DNA of 64,000 nt from Verrucomicrobiota bacterium. Its GTDB lineage: Bacteria; Verrucomicrobiota; Verrucomicrobiia; Limisphaerales; CAIMTB01. The DNA lies in assembly GCA_963205105.1 (NCBI GenBank), contig CAUJJW010000274.1:2377-66376 (forward strand), in the 5' to 3' direction. Of this stretch, positions 37,339-45,691 are shown one piece after another. A program made the translations under genes and the position numbers. The notes beneath the pieces are model-generated. The model did not search any database and was not told where the DNA came from. It saw only the letters and a list, made by a program, of their open reading frames with translations. The stretch's first letter is position 1. Every line of letters begins with the position of its first letter.

Positions 37339-38823
37339 ATGATCATGTCATCGAAACCCTCGCGCGTTCTTCTCACGCTGTCCCTCCTGGTGGCGCTGAG
37401 CCCCCTGTCCCGCCTCGGCGCCCAGGACATTTCCGGCAACACCACGGCTGCCCAAACTCAGCTCGTTCAAGCGCAGCAGGAGTTGTCCAAGCTGCGCGAC
37501 GAGATTACCGCCGCGAAAATCCCGCTCTCCACCGCGCTGCGGGAGGCCGAAACCGAACTCTTCGCCAAACGCCGCGAATCGGAACGCCTGCAACGCTTGG
37601 CCGACAACCGCAACGTTGACCTTCGCAACCTGGAGAACGAACAGAAGCTTCGCGCCGAGGAAGTCGACTACCTGTCGACGCTCCTCACCGACTACCTCAG
37701 CCGCCTCAATTCGACGGTGGACGCCTCCGAAATCCAGATCGTGGGCGAGTCGCTGACCAAGATGCTCAACGTCGGGGAAACGCCGGACATTGCGCGGGAG
37801 CAGATCTTCAAGACCAAACTGGGCTCCATCGACATGGGGTTTGATCGGATCAAGAACCTGCTCGGTGGCGCCAAGTTTGACGGCAAAGCCATCCTTCCCG
37901 GCGGCAGTCTCCAGGATGGAACCTTCCTTCTTCTTGGGCCGTTGTCTTATTTCGCCAGCAAGGACGGAAAAGTCGCGGGACTCGTCGAACGCGGCGCCGC
38001 CATGCACCCCAAGGTGACGGTGTTCTCCGAAAAGGAAATTCCTGCCATCGCAGCCCTGGCCAGCAAGGGCGAGGGACTGCTCTCCATCGACACCACCATG
38101 GGCAAGGCCAAGGCCATCGCCACCAGCAAGGAGTCGATTAGTGAACACATCAAGAAGGGTGGCATCTGGATGATTCCGATCATCGGTTTCGGCATCGCGG
38201 CGCTCTGCATGGCGCTCTTCAAGTTCGGCGAAATCAGCACCGTGAAAGCCCTGCCCGCCAACGTCCTGGAGAAGGTGCTCGCTCTCGTCAGCCAGGGAAA
38301 CATCCCGGAGGCGGCCAAAATGATCCGCACCCATCCAGGACCGGCGGCCAAGATGCTGTCCGAGGCAGTCAAGAATCTCCACCTGCCCAAGGAAGTCGTC
38401 GAAGAAATGATGTTCGAGACGATGCTCGAGACCCAGCCCAAGCTGGAGCGAGGTCTTTCCTTCATCTCGGTGACCGCTTCGGTGGCTCCGCTGCTCGGTC
38501 TGCTGGGCACCGTCACCGGCATGATGACCACCTTCAACCTCATCACCCTCTTCGGTACCGGCGATGCGAAGTCGCTCTCGTCCGGAATTTCCGAGGCACT
38601 CATCACCACCGAGTACGGCCTGATTGTCGCCATCCCTGCCCTCTTGCTCTACGGCTACCTATCCCGCCGAGTGAACGGCATGATGGGCGATTTGGAGCAG
38701 ATTTCCATCGCGTTCAGCAACGGCGTCTCGGCCATTCGCACGCCGGCTAGCGAACCCACCCTGAACCCGGAATCCGGCAAATCGTCTCCGCCGATGGGTT
38801 CGGGCCTGCCCTCCCCCGCGTGA
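37339..38823 (+). CDS. Long MotA/TolQ/ExbB proton-channel protein with periplasmic N-terminal domain (TtpC-like)
   Basis: Signal peptide and coiled coil, then KGGIWMIPI, APLLGLLGTVTGM and GISEALITTEYGLIVAIP. Confidence 0.88.
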   Translation: MIMSSKPSRVLLTLSLLVALSPLSRLGAQDISGNTTAAQTQLVQAQQELSKLRDEITAAKIPLSTALREAETELFAKRRESERLQRLADNRNVDLRNLENEQKLRAEEVDYLSTLLTDYLSRLNSTVDASEIQIVGESLTKMLNVGETPDIAREQIFKTKLGSIDMGFDRIKNLLGGAKFDGKAILPGGSLQDGTFLLLGPLSYFASKDGKVAGLVERGAAMHPKVTVFSEKEIPAIAALASKGEGLLSIDTTMGKAKAIATSKESISEHIKKGGIWMIPIIGFGIAALCMALFKFGEISTVKALPANVLEKVLALVSQGNIPEAAKMIRTHPGPAAKMLSEAVKNLHLPKEVVEEMMFETMLETQPKLERGLSFISVTASVAPLLGLLGTVTGMMTTFNLITLFGTGDAKSLSSGISEALITTEYGLIVAIPALLLYGYLSRRVNGMMGDLEQISIAFSNGVSAIRTPASEPTLNPESGKSSPPMGSGLPSPA

Positions 38824-38874
38824 ACGTGCTCCGAGAGTTCCCGCAACTCCAACTCCTCAGTCCTAAGCTCCCTT

Positions 38875-39588
38875 ATGCAAGCTGACTTCACCAAAGAGGT
38901 CCTGAAACTCTGGGCGGATGGCGGTTGGTGCATGGTGCCGCTCGCGTTTCAAGCCCTCGCCATTTACTACATCTCCTTCGCGCTCTTCTTCGAAATCCGC
39001 GGTCATCCCGCACTCCGAACGAGCGAAGACGAGTGGGGCCATTGGATCGATCGTCCCGACGACGCCAAAGGCGAGATCGCGCAGATCTTCCGTTTCACAC
39101 AGCAAGGTGTCACCTCCCTGGACACCATCCGCCAGCGGTTCGTGGAGGTCACCAAGGCTTACATTCCCGCCTTGGACCGTCGGATTCGGTTCGTTTTCAT
39201 GATTATTGGCACGGCTCCACTGACGGGCCTGCTCGGAACCGTCACCGGCATGTTGGCGACCTTCGACGGCATCGCCGGTGGTGCCGGCGGAGCGGACACC
39301 GTCGATGTCGTGGCTGGCGGCATCTCTGAGGCTTTGATCACCACGGAAACAGGTCTGGTCATCGCCATCCCTGCTTACGTCGTTCTCGCTCGCATCCGTC
39401 GGTTGCGGGATCAGCTCGAACTGTTCCTGCGCCGGGCGGAAACAATGACACTTCGGCGTTTTGCCCGCGCGCTGCCGGGCGATCCCGATGCCGCAGCTCT
39501 GCCCCCTCACGGGACACCTCCCCATTCGGGACCGACCACTCCCGACGACTTGCCACTACCCATCCCATCCATTCAGCCCGCCACCTAA
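38875..39588 (+). CDS. exbB: ExbB (MotA/TolQ/ExbB family)
   Basis: GGWCMVPL, APLTGLLGTVTGM and GISEALITTETGLVIAIP. Confidence 0.9.
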   Translation: MQADFTKEVLKLWADGGWCMVPLAFQALAIYYISFALFFEIRGHPALRTSEDEWGHWIDRPDDAKGEIAQIFRFTQQGVTSLDTIRQRFVEVTKAYIPALDRRIRFVFMIIGTAPLTGLLGTVTGMLATFDGIAGGAGGADTVDVVAGGISEALITTETGLVIAIPAYVVLARIRRLRDQLELFLRRAETMTLRRFARALPGDPDAAALPPHGTPPHSGPTTPDDLPLPIPSIQPAT

Positions 39589-39627
39589 CCCCACTTCCAG
39601 CAATCTCCCGAACCCGAATCCCCGCTT

Positions 39628-40038
39628 ATGGCCAGACGCTCCCTCTCCCGTGCCATCCAAGTCAGTGACGAGATCAACATCTCGCCCTTGATCGACATGG
39701 TCTTCATTCTGCTCATCTTCTTCATCGTCACCACGGTCTTCGTCGAGGAGACCGGGGTGAATGTGAACAAGCCCCAGGCCAGCGCGGCCATCCCGCTGGA
39801 AGCCAACAGCATCCTCCTCGCCATCACCGACCAGGGCAAGGTGGTGTACGGCGGTCGCGAGGTCGGCATCGCTGGTGTCCGTTCCATCGTCAAACGCCTG
39901 GTTCAGGGCAATGCCGACATGCCCACCATCGTTCAGGCGGACAAAGTCGTGCCTACCGAGCTATTGGTGAAGGTCATCGACGAAGCCAAGCTGGGTGGTG
40001 CCAAGGCCGTGAGCATCTCCACCGAGGGCAACCGCTAG
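39628..40038 (+). CDS. exbD: Biopolymer transporter ExbD
   Basis: [22 protein letters not shown] (conserved Asp in the TM), VQADK and [10 protein letters not shown]. Confidence 0.93.
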   Translation: MARRSLSRAIQVSDEINISPLIDMVFILLIFFIVTTVFVEETGVNVNKPQASAAIPLEANSILLAITDQGKVVYGGREVGIAGVRSIVKRLVQGNADMPTIVQADKVVPTELLVKVIDEAKLGGAKAVSISTEGNR

Positions 40039-40053
40039 TCCCCATCACGCACC

Positions 40054-40740
40054 ATGGCATCCCCTTCTCCAACGCGTCTTGCTCCTTTCCGGGTACCGTC
40101 CCGGAGCCGACGGCGACTTGCGCCCACGGTCGCCATGCTCGTTTGCGGCGCCGCAACGTTCCTCCTGCTACCGTTCACCACCCTCATCACCGGAGCAGCC
40201 AGCAACAAGAGGGACCTCACGAGCATCGACCTTAGCCTGCCTCCTCCTCCTCCTCCTCCTCCGGAGATCGACAAACCACCGGAGGAACCACCGCCGCAGG
40301 AGGACACTCCCCCGCCCGACTCCCCCAACAACCAACTGTCACTCGCGCAGATGGATGTGGCTCTCAACGTCGGCTTCGGTGACGCCATGGCCGGTGGCTT
40401 TTCGGTGGAAGGCTTCGCCACCCAGTCCGAGGCCACCACCGTCGCCGACCTCGGGATCTTCGACATCAAGGACCTCGACAAACCCCCGACCCGCACCCGC
40501 ACGGTGACCCCGGTTTACCCCGCGGAACTCAAGCGGGCCCGGGTTCAAGGCAACGTGGTCCTGATGATCATCATCGACCAGAACGGCCGCGTCTCAGTCG
40601 ACAAGGTTGTCGAATCCAGCGCCCGTGAGTTCGAACAATCTGCCATCACGGCGGCTGAACAATGCATCTTCGAGCCTCCCATGAAAGGCGGCCAAGCCGT
40701 TCGCGCCCGTTACCGCATGCAAGTTCCCTTCCGTCTCTGA
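40054..40740 (+). CDS. tonB: Energy transducer TonB
   Basis: N-terminal TM, Pro-rich spacer, and a C-terminal PVYP..LKRARVQGNV...IDQNGRV...FEPPMKGG TonB domain. Confidence 0.9.
   Translation: MASPSPTRLAPFRVPSRSRRRLAPTVAMLVCGAATFLLLPFTTLITGAASNKRDLTSIDLSLPPPPPPPPEIDKPPEEPPPQEDTPPPDSPNNQLSLAQMDVALNVGFGDAMAGGFSVEGFATQSEATTVADLGIFDIKDLDKPPTRTRTVTPVYPAELKRARVQGNVVLMIIIDQNGRVSVDKVVESSAREFEQSAITAAEQCIFEPPMKGGQAVRARYRMQVPFRL
40240..40260 (+). repeat. (CCT)7 trinucleotide microsatellite encoding TonB poly-Pro
   Basis: Seven perfect CCT codons in a row, read directly. Confidence 0.85.
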
Positions 40741-40785
40741 TTTGATCTCATCCCCTGATTTCCAGCTCATCCCGTCTCCCATCCC

Positions 40786-42138
40786 ATGAAACTCAAAATC
40801 TTCGCCTCCAGTCTCGCGCTCGCCTTACTCCCCGCCTCGGGAGCTGACCCGTTGTTCGAAAATTCCTGGAATAATCCCCAGTTCGTCGCCCGTTTCGTCG
40901 GAACCTACGGGTTCGACACCGCCTTGAACCCGGGAATCACCCAGGAGGAGAAGCTGGTGTTCGACAAGTTGGTCCCTCTGATCCAATCCCAGCCCGCCCA
41001 GGCGATAACCGCCCTGAAAGCAGCGATCACCCCCACCAGCAGTGCGGCCCTCGATTTCACCCTGGGCAACCTCTACTTCCAGTCGAAGTCATTTCCCGAA
41101 GCCACCGCCGCCTACCAGGGTGCGCTCAAAAAATTCCCGAACTTCCTCCGGGTTCACAAGAACCTGGGTCGTCTCTTCGTGCAGCAGGGCGATGCCAAGT
41201 CCGCCTTGGCCCACCTCTTGCGCGTGATTGAACTCGGCGGCGCCGAAGGCGACATCTACGGGCTGGTCGGCTACTGCTACCTCCAGGGAGGAGCCGTCAC
41301 CAGCGCCCTCGACGCCTACCGATCCGCCCTCCTGTTCGCTCCCAAGAGCCGGGATTGGCGCATGGGCAAAATCCAGTGTCTGGTGAACCTGGGCGTGCAC
41401 AAAGAAGCCGCCGCCATGCTGGACGAACTCATCACCGAAAAACCCGACGACGCCGGTCTTTGGCTGCTGCAAGCCAACGCCTACGTGGCTTCGGGAAATT
41501 CGGCGGACGCCGCCGTCAATCTGGAGCTGGTGCGTCAGATGGGGAAAGCGACCCCGATCAGCCTTGCGCTCCTCGGCGACATTTACATCAACGCCAACCA
41601 ACCCGACCTCGCTCTCGCCGCCTATCAGGACCTGCTCAAGGGCGAACAAATCGACCAGGAACGAGCCCTCCGTGCCGCCCGCATTCTGGCCTCCCGCGGT
41701 GCTTGGACCGAAGCCGACGCCTACCTCAAGGAACTGAACCAACGCCTGAGCGCGAAACTGCCCGCCTCCGGTCAAAGCGAAGTGGCGTCCCTGCTGGCCA
41801 AAGTTGCTCTCGCCCGTGGTGAGGACGACAAGGCTGCCGCCATGCTCACCAAGGTGCTGGAAACCGACCCGCTCAACGGCAGGGCGCTCCTGCTTCTGGC
41901 CGATTATCACTGGAAAAAGAATGACCGCGAGCGAGCCGACCTCTACTACACTCGCGCCGCGACCGTGGAAGATGTGCGGGTCGAGGCGCTGCTCCAGCAC
42001 GCCCGCATGAATGTCGCCCTCAAGGAGTTTGCGGCCGCCACCAAGCTCCTCGCCCGGGCCCAGTCCATCAAACCCCAGGCCCACGTGGGTGATTTCCTCG
42101 CCAAAGTGGAAGCAGCAGCCCGTGCCACCCGGTTCTGA
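40786..42138 (+). CDS. Tetratricopeptide-repeat protein (TtpD-like), exported
   Basis: Signal peptide and multiple TPR-like helical repeats (LGNLYF..., LGRLFVQQG..., LLGDIYIN...). Last gene of the tonB cluster. Confidence 0.85.
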   Translation: MKLKIFASSLALALLPASGADPLFENSWNNPQFVARFVGTYGFDTALNPGITQEEKLVFDKLVPLIQSQPAQAITALKAAITPTSSAALDFTLGNLYFQSKSFPEATAAYQGALKKFPNFLRVHKNLGRLFVQQGDAKSALAHLLRVIELGGAEGDIYGLVGYCYLQGGAVTSALDAYRSALLFAPKSRDWRMGKIQCLVNLGVHKEAAAMLDELITEKPDDAGLWLLQANAYVASGNSADAAVNLELVRQMGKATPISLALLGDIYINANQPDLALAAYQDLLKGEQIDQERALRAARILASRGAWTEADAYLKELNQRLSAKLPASGQSEVASLLAKVALARGEDDKAAAMLTKVLETDPLNGRALLLLADYHWKKNDRERADLYYTRAATVEDVRVEALLQHARMNVALKEFAAATKLLARAQSIKPQAHVGDFLAKVEAAARATRF

Positions 42139-42163
42139 ATCCTTCCCGTTCGACTCCTGAATC

Positions 42164-43207
42164 ATGTCTGCTGATCCCGTGACCGTTCCTTCCGAAACCC
42201 TCGTCGAGGACGTCGCTGACACCACTCCGGTGGAGCAGTCGGCGTCCTCGACCCCGGCCCCCGAGGAACCCGCGAGCCCTTCGCACCGCTCGCAACAACC
42301 GCTGTTCGACACCCGCCAACTGCTGACCTTCTCCACGCTGGCGCAGACGGGAAGCTTCACCCAGACCGCCCGCGAGTTGCACGTGTCCCAATCCGCGGTC
42401 AGCCACGCCATTGGCGACCTCGAACGGAAGGTCGGCTGTCGGTTGTTCGAACGCACCAGCCGGCGGGTGCTGCTGACCCTCGCCGGCGAGCAACTGCTCC
42501 ATCACGCCGGCAAGATCAGCGCCGAAATGGCGGTAGCCTATGAAAGCCTCCAATCCCTGCGAAACTGGGGCCAGATCCAGCTAAGAATCTCCGCCCCGGC
42601 CTCCATCTGCGACGGCCTCCTGCCCCAATGCCTGCACCAGGTCCGGCGCAGTTACCCTCACGCACGCATCAGCATCGGGGTCGCCGACCGGCGGGAATCC
42701 CTCGCTGAACTCGGCGCCGGCCGGGTGGACGTCGCCGTGTGCCCAGGGTCTGAACCCGACGAGCGCTTCGATCGCATTCCTCTGTTCAACGACGAGCTGG
42801 TGTTCGTGATGGCGCCCTCCCATCCGTGGGCCTCCTCCCCGCCGACCGATCCCGCCGTGATCGGAGCGGAGCCGCTGCTCACCTACCGCCGCCAAACCTA
42901 CACTTGGCAGCTCATTCAGAACCATTTCACCGCGGACGGCATCCACCCAACGATCGCGCTGGACTGCGACAGTGTGGTCACGATCCGGGAGATGGCCCGG
43001 CTGGGCATGGGGGTGGCGGTGCTCGCCCGATGGGCCATCACCGCCGAAGTGGCTGCCGGACACCTTGCGTGGGCTCCGCTGGGAACCCGGCCGCTCGTTC
43101 GCAAGTGGGCCGCTTTCTCGCTGCGCACCCGGAGGCTGTCGCTTGCCCAGACTCTGTTCATCGAACAGCTCCGTCGCACGGCCCTGGACCGACTGGCAAC
43201 ATCCTGA
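42164..43207 (+). CDS. LysR-family transcriptional regulator
   Basis: HTH GSFTQTARELHVSQSAVSHAIGDLERKVGCRLFERTSRRVLLTLAGE and a substrate-binding domain (GRVDVAV, GMGVAVL). Has a ~45-aa acidic N-terminal extension, so the start is uncertain. Confidence 0.92.
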   Translation: MSADPVTVPSETLVEDVADTTPVEQSASSTPAPEEPASPSHRSQQPLFDTRQLLTFSTLAQTGSFTQTARELHVSQSAVSHAIGDLERKVGCRLFERTSRRVLLTLAGEQLLHHAGKISAEMAVAYESLQSLRNWGQIQLRISAPASICDGLLPQCLHQVRRSYPHARISIGVADRRESLAELGAGRVDVAVCPGSEPDERFDRIPLFNDELVFVMAPSHPWASSPPTDPAVIGAEPLLTYRRQTYTWQLIQNHFTADGIHPTIALDCDSVVTIREMARLGMGVAVLARWAITAEVAAGHLAWAPLGTRPLVRKWAAFSLRTRRLSLAQTLFIEQLRRTALDRLATS

Positions 43208-43222
43208 CCCGGCTTTGCGCAG

Positions 43223-44335
43223 TCAGGAAAAACGCGCGACAGCCTCCTGCATCGCCTCCTCCCGTTCGTTCATGGAGGCGATGAGTTTGAACTGCTTCCG
43301 GCAGCGGTCGAGGTTGTGCTGTTCGCGATGGATTCGGAAGTACGCATCCCCTTCCAGGTAATCGGTGAGAAAGCGGATGCCGATGGTGAAGGTGATGAGT
43401 TTGCCGGACAGGACGAGCAACCGCCGCTCGGCCGGCATCAGAAAGCTCCGGGTCGCCTCGAGATAACCCCGGACCAGCGCCTCAAACATCGGCAATTCCA
43501 GTTCCACCCGCTCCAGAAACTGCTCGTCCTCGGCCGTCCGACTCGTGGTGGTGCGCACCATGTCCCCGAAGTCGTACAGCACCAGCCCCGGCATCACGGT
43601 GTCCAAGTCGACCACGCACATGGCTTCGCCGGTGTGACCGTCGAGCATGACGTTGTTGAACTTGGTGTCGTTGTGGGTGACCCGGACCGGCACCTCGCCG
43701 CGGGCTTCCGCATCCACCAGGGCGGACACCAGCGACTTCATGCCGAGGGCGAAGTCGATCTCCTGGCGGGCCAGATCGCAGCGATGAAATTCATCCGACT
43801 CGATGGCCTGGAGCAGACGCTCGAATCGTTTGGGCGTGTGATGAAAGTCCGGAATCGTGGTCGCCAACTCGCCCGCCGGCAGGTCCGACAGCAGGCTTTG
43901 AAACTGCCCAAACGCGTGTCCGGCCTGGTAGGCCTGCCGGGGTGATTCCACGGCATCGTAGCTTCGCACATCATCCACGAAGACAAACGTCCGCCAGTAA
44001 CGTCCGGAGGCATCGACGTGATAAGGTGGCCCTTCCCGCGTCGGAATCACCTGCAAGGCCCGGCGATCCAGCTGATCCACCCCCTGGGCCTGAAGTTTCC
44101 GGCGCAGGTGTTCGGTCACGCGAACCACATTGGACATAAGGCCCACCGGCTCCCGGAACACCTGGGTGTTGATGGTCTGATGAATAACGCGGAACGGGCG
44201 CCCGCCGTCGTCGTAGGTCGCGGCAAATGTTTCGTTGATGTGCCCGATCTTGATCCGGTGTCCGTCCTGGAACCGTCCCGGAATGCAAAACTGCGCGCCA
44301 ATCTGCGTCAGCTTCTCCCGATCCTCTCGATTCAT
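43223..44335 (-). CDS. APH/choline-kinase-like phosphotransferase, N-acetylhexosamine 1-kinase-like
   Basis: GHINETF P-loop, HQTINTQVF, RVTHNDTKFNN (Brenner motif), VDLDTVMPG and YDFGDMVR. Confidence 0.8.
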   Translation of the reverse strand: MNREDREKLTQIGAQFCIPGRFQDGHRIKIGHINETFAATYDDGGRPFRVIHQTINTQVFREPVGLMSNVVRVTEHLRRKLQAQGVDQLDRRALQVIPTREGPPYHVDASGRYWRTFVFVDDVRSYDAVESPRQAYQAGHAFGQFQSLLSDLPAGELATTIPDFHHTPKRFERLLQAIESDEFHRCDLARQEIDFALGMKSLVSALVDAEARGEVPVRVTHNDTKFNNVMLDGHTGEAMCVVDLDTVMPGLVLYDFGDMVRTTTSRTAEDEQFLERVELELPMFEALVRGYLEATRSFLMPAERRLLVLSGKLITFTIGIRFLTDYLEGDAYFRIHREQHNLDRCRKQFKLIASMNEREEAMQEAVARFS

Positions 44336-44395
44336 GCTCCCATCATTCCCTCTCCCCTGCCCGCACCGGGCCTTCCCGGTCGCCTCCGCCCGGCG

Positions 44396-45166
44396 TTACA
44401 TCCCCATGATCTGATACCCGCAGTCGACGTAGATCACCTGCCCGGTGATGGCCGCGGCGCCGTCGCTGGCGAGGAAGGTGCCGGTGGCCCCCAACTCGTC
44501 GGGCACAACATTCCGGCGGAGAGGTGCATGGGCTTCGTAGTGCTTCATCATGTCGGTTAAGCCCGCGATGCCACGTGCGGCGAGCGTGTTCATCGGTCCG
44601 GCGCTGATGCAGTTCACGCGGATGCGTTTGGGACCGAGATCATAGGCCAGATAGCGCGTGCTGGCCTCGAGCGACGCCTTGGCGACACCCATGACGTTGT
44701 AATGAGGGACGACCTTTTCGGCGCCGTAATAGCTCATGGCCACGATGCTGCCGCCCTCGGTCATGAGTGGCTCGGCGGCCCGGGACAGCGCCACCAGCGA
44801 GTAGGCGCTGATGTCATGAGCCACGCGGAAGGCTTCGCGGCTGGTCGCCAGGAAGGTCCCTTCCAGTGCCTCGCGCGGGGCGAAGGCGACGCTGTGCAGC
44901 AGCAGATGCAGCTTCCCGTATTTCGCCCGGATCGCGTCGAACACCGACGCAATCTGGGCGTCGTTCGTGACATCACAGGGCAGGATCATGGTGTCCGGCC
45001 CGAAGGTTCCGGCCAGTTCCTCCACGTTTTCCTTCAGGCGATCGCCCTGGTAGGTGAACGCCAGGGTTGCGCCCGCCTGCTTCCAGGACTGAGCGATCGC
45101 CCAGGCGATCGACCGTTTGTTGGCGACTCCGAAAACCACGCCGATTTTTCCCGCGAGTGTAGACAT
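44396..45166 (-). CDS. fabI: Enoyl-ACP reductase (NADH)
   Basis: GVANKRSIAWAIA, HSVAFAP, YNVMGVAKASLE (Tyr/Lys catalytic pair) and NCISAGPMNTLAA. Confidence 0.95.
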   Translation of the reverse strand: MSTLAGKIGVVFGVANKRSIAWAIAQSWKQAGATLAFTYQGDRLKENVEELAGTFGPDTMILPCDVTNDAQIASVFDAIRAKYGKLHLLLHSVAFAPREALEGTFLATSREAFRVAHDISAYSLVALSRAAEPLMTEGGSIVAMSYYGAEKVVPHYNVMGVAKASLEASTRYLAYDLGPKRIRVNCISAGPMNTLAARGIAGLTDMMKHYEAHAPLRRNVVPDELGATGTFLASDGAAAITGQVIYVDCGYQIMGM

Positions 45167-45244
45167 GTTGATCACCGAATCGTTGGGGGACCCTGACCCA
45201 CCCACCGCTTCCCCTGCAAGCGCGTCGCTAGCCTCCAACAAGAC

Positions 45245-45281
45245 GAATCCCGGAGACGGCTCGTCGCCATCTCCGGGATTC
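45245..45281 (-). terminator. Strong hairpin, candidate intrinsic terminator after the small basic ORF
   Basis: GAATCCCGGAGA-C-GGC/loop/GCC-A-TCTCCGGGATTC stem, followed on the minus strand by GTCTTGTT (weak U tract). Confidence 0.5.
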
Positions 45282-45318
45282 TTGGGACGATTCCGCCCTG
45301 GGGCGGAGGCATCGTGCC

Positions 45319-45444
45319 CTACTTCTTCTTGGTCACCGTCTTCTGAGCAGCGGCCGCCTGCTTCTTCTTTTCAGCGGCGCTGGCGGACTTCACCTGCTTT
45401 TGCTTGCTCTGTTTATTGACGGACTTCGGTGATTTATCGCCCAT
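45319..45444 (-). CDS. Small Lys/Ala/Gln-rich basic protein (41 aa), below the ORF-track cutoff
   Basis: Hand translation gives MGDKSPKSVNKQSKQKQVKSASAAEKKKQAAAAQKTVTKKK*, with ATG...TAG. It occupies an otherwise empty intergenic gap and is followed by a hairpin. Confidence 0.7.
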   Translation of the reverse strand: MGDKSPKSVNKQSKQKQVKSASAAEKKKQAAAAQKTVTKKK

Positions 45445-45691
45445 GGTAGGATTGGTTTGGAGTTAGTTCTTCCGACCCGGGGACGGTGCTCACATTCAGC
45501 GATGACTGGCAACGTTGGCCGATAGGATTATAGTCCCCCGTTCCTCGCACCCGCCTACCTGGCTCCGGAAGGAGACCTTTGGGCATGTGGATCCGCGGAG
45601 CCGGAGAACCTGACCACCCCAGGAAAGAAATGAACCCATCGCATCCAGGCGGACTTCGGCGGTTGGCACGATCGGCCGGAGGAACCCCTTC

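Noticed and set aside
43223-44335. Aminoglycoside resistance gene
   Set aside because: It shares only the kinase fold. The HNDTKFNN/DLDT pattern and length fit sugar (N-acetylhexosamine) kinase-like proteins.
45664-45679. Sigma-54 promoter upstream of the hybrid kinase
   Set aside because: TGGCACG is present but the -12 position reads GCCG rather than TTGC.
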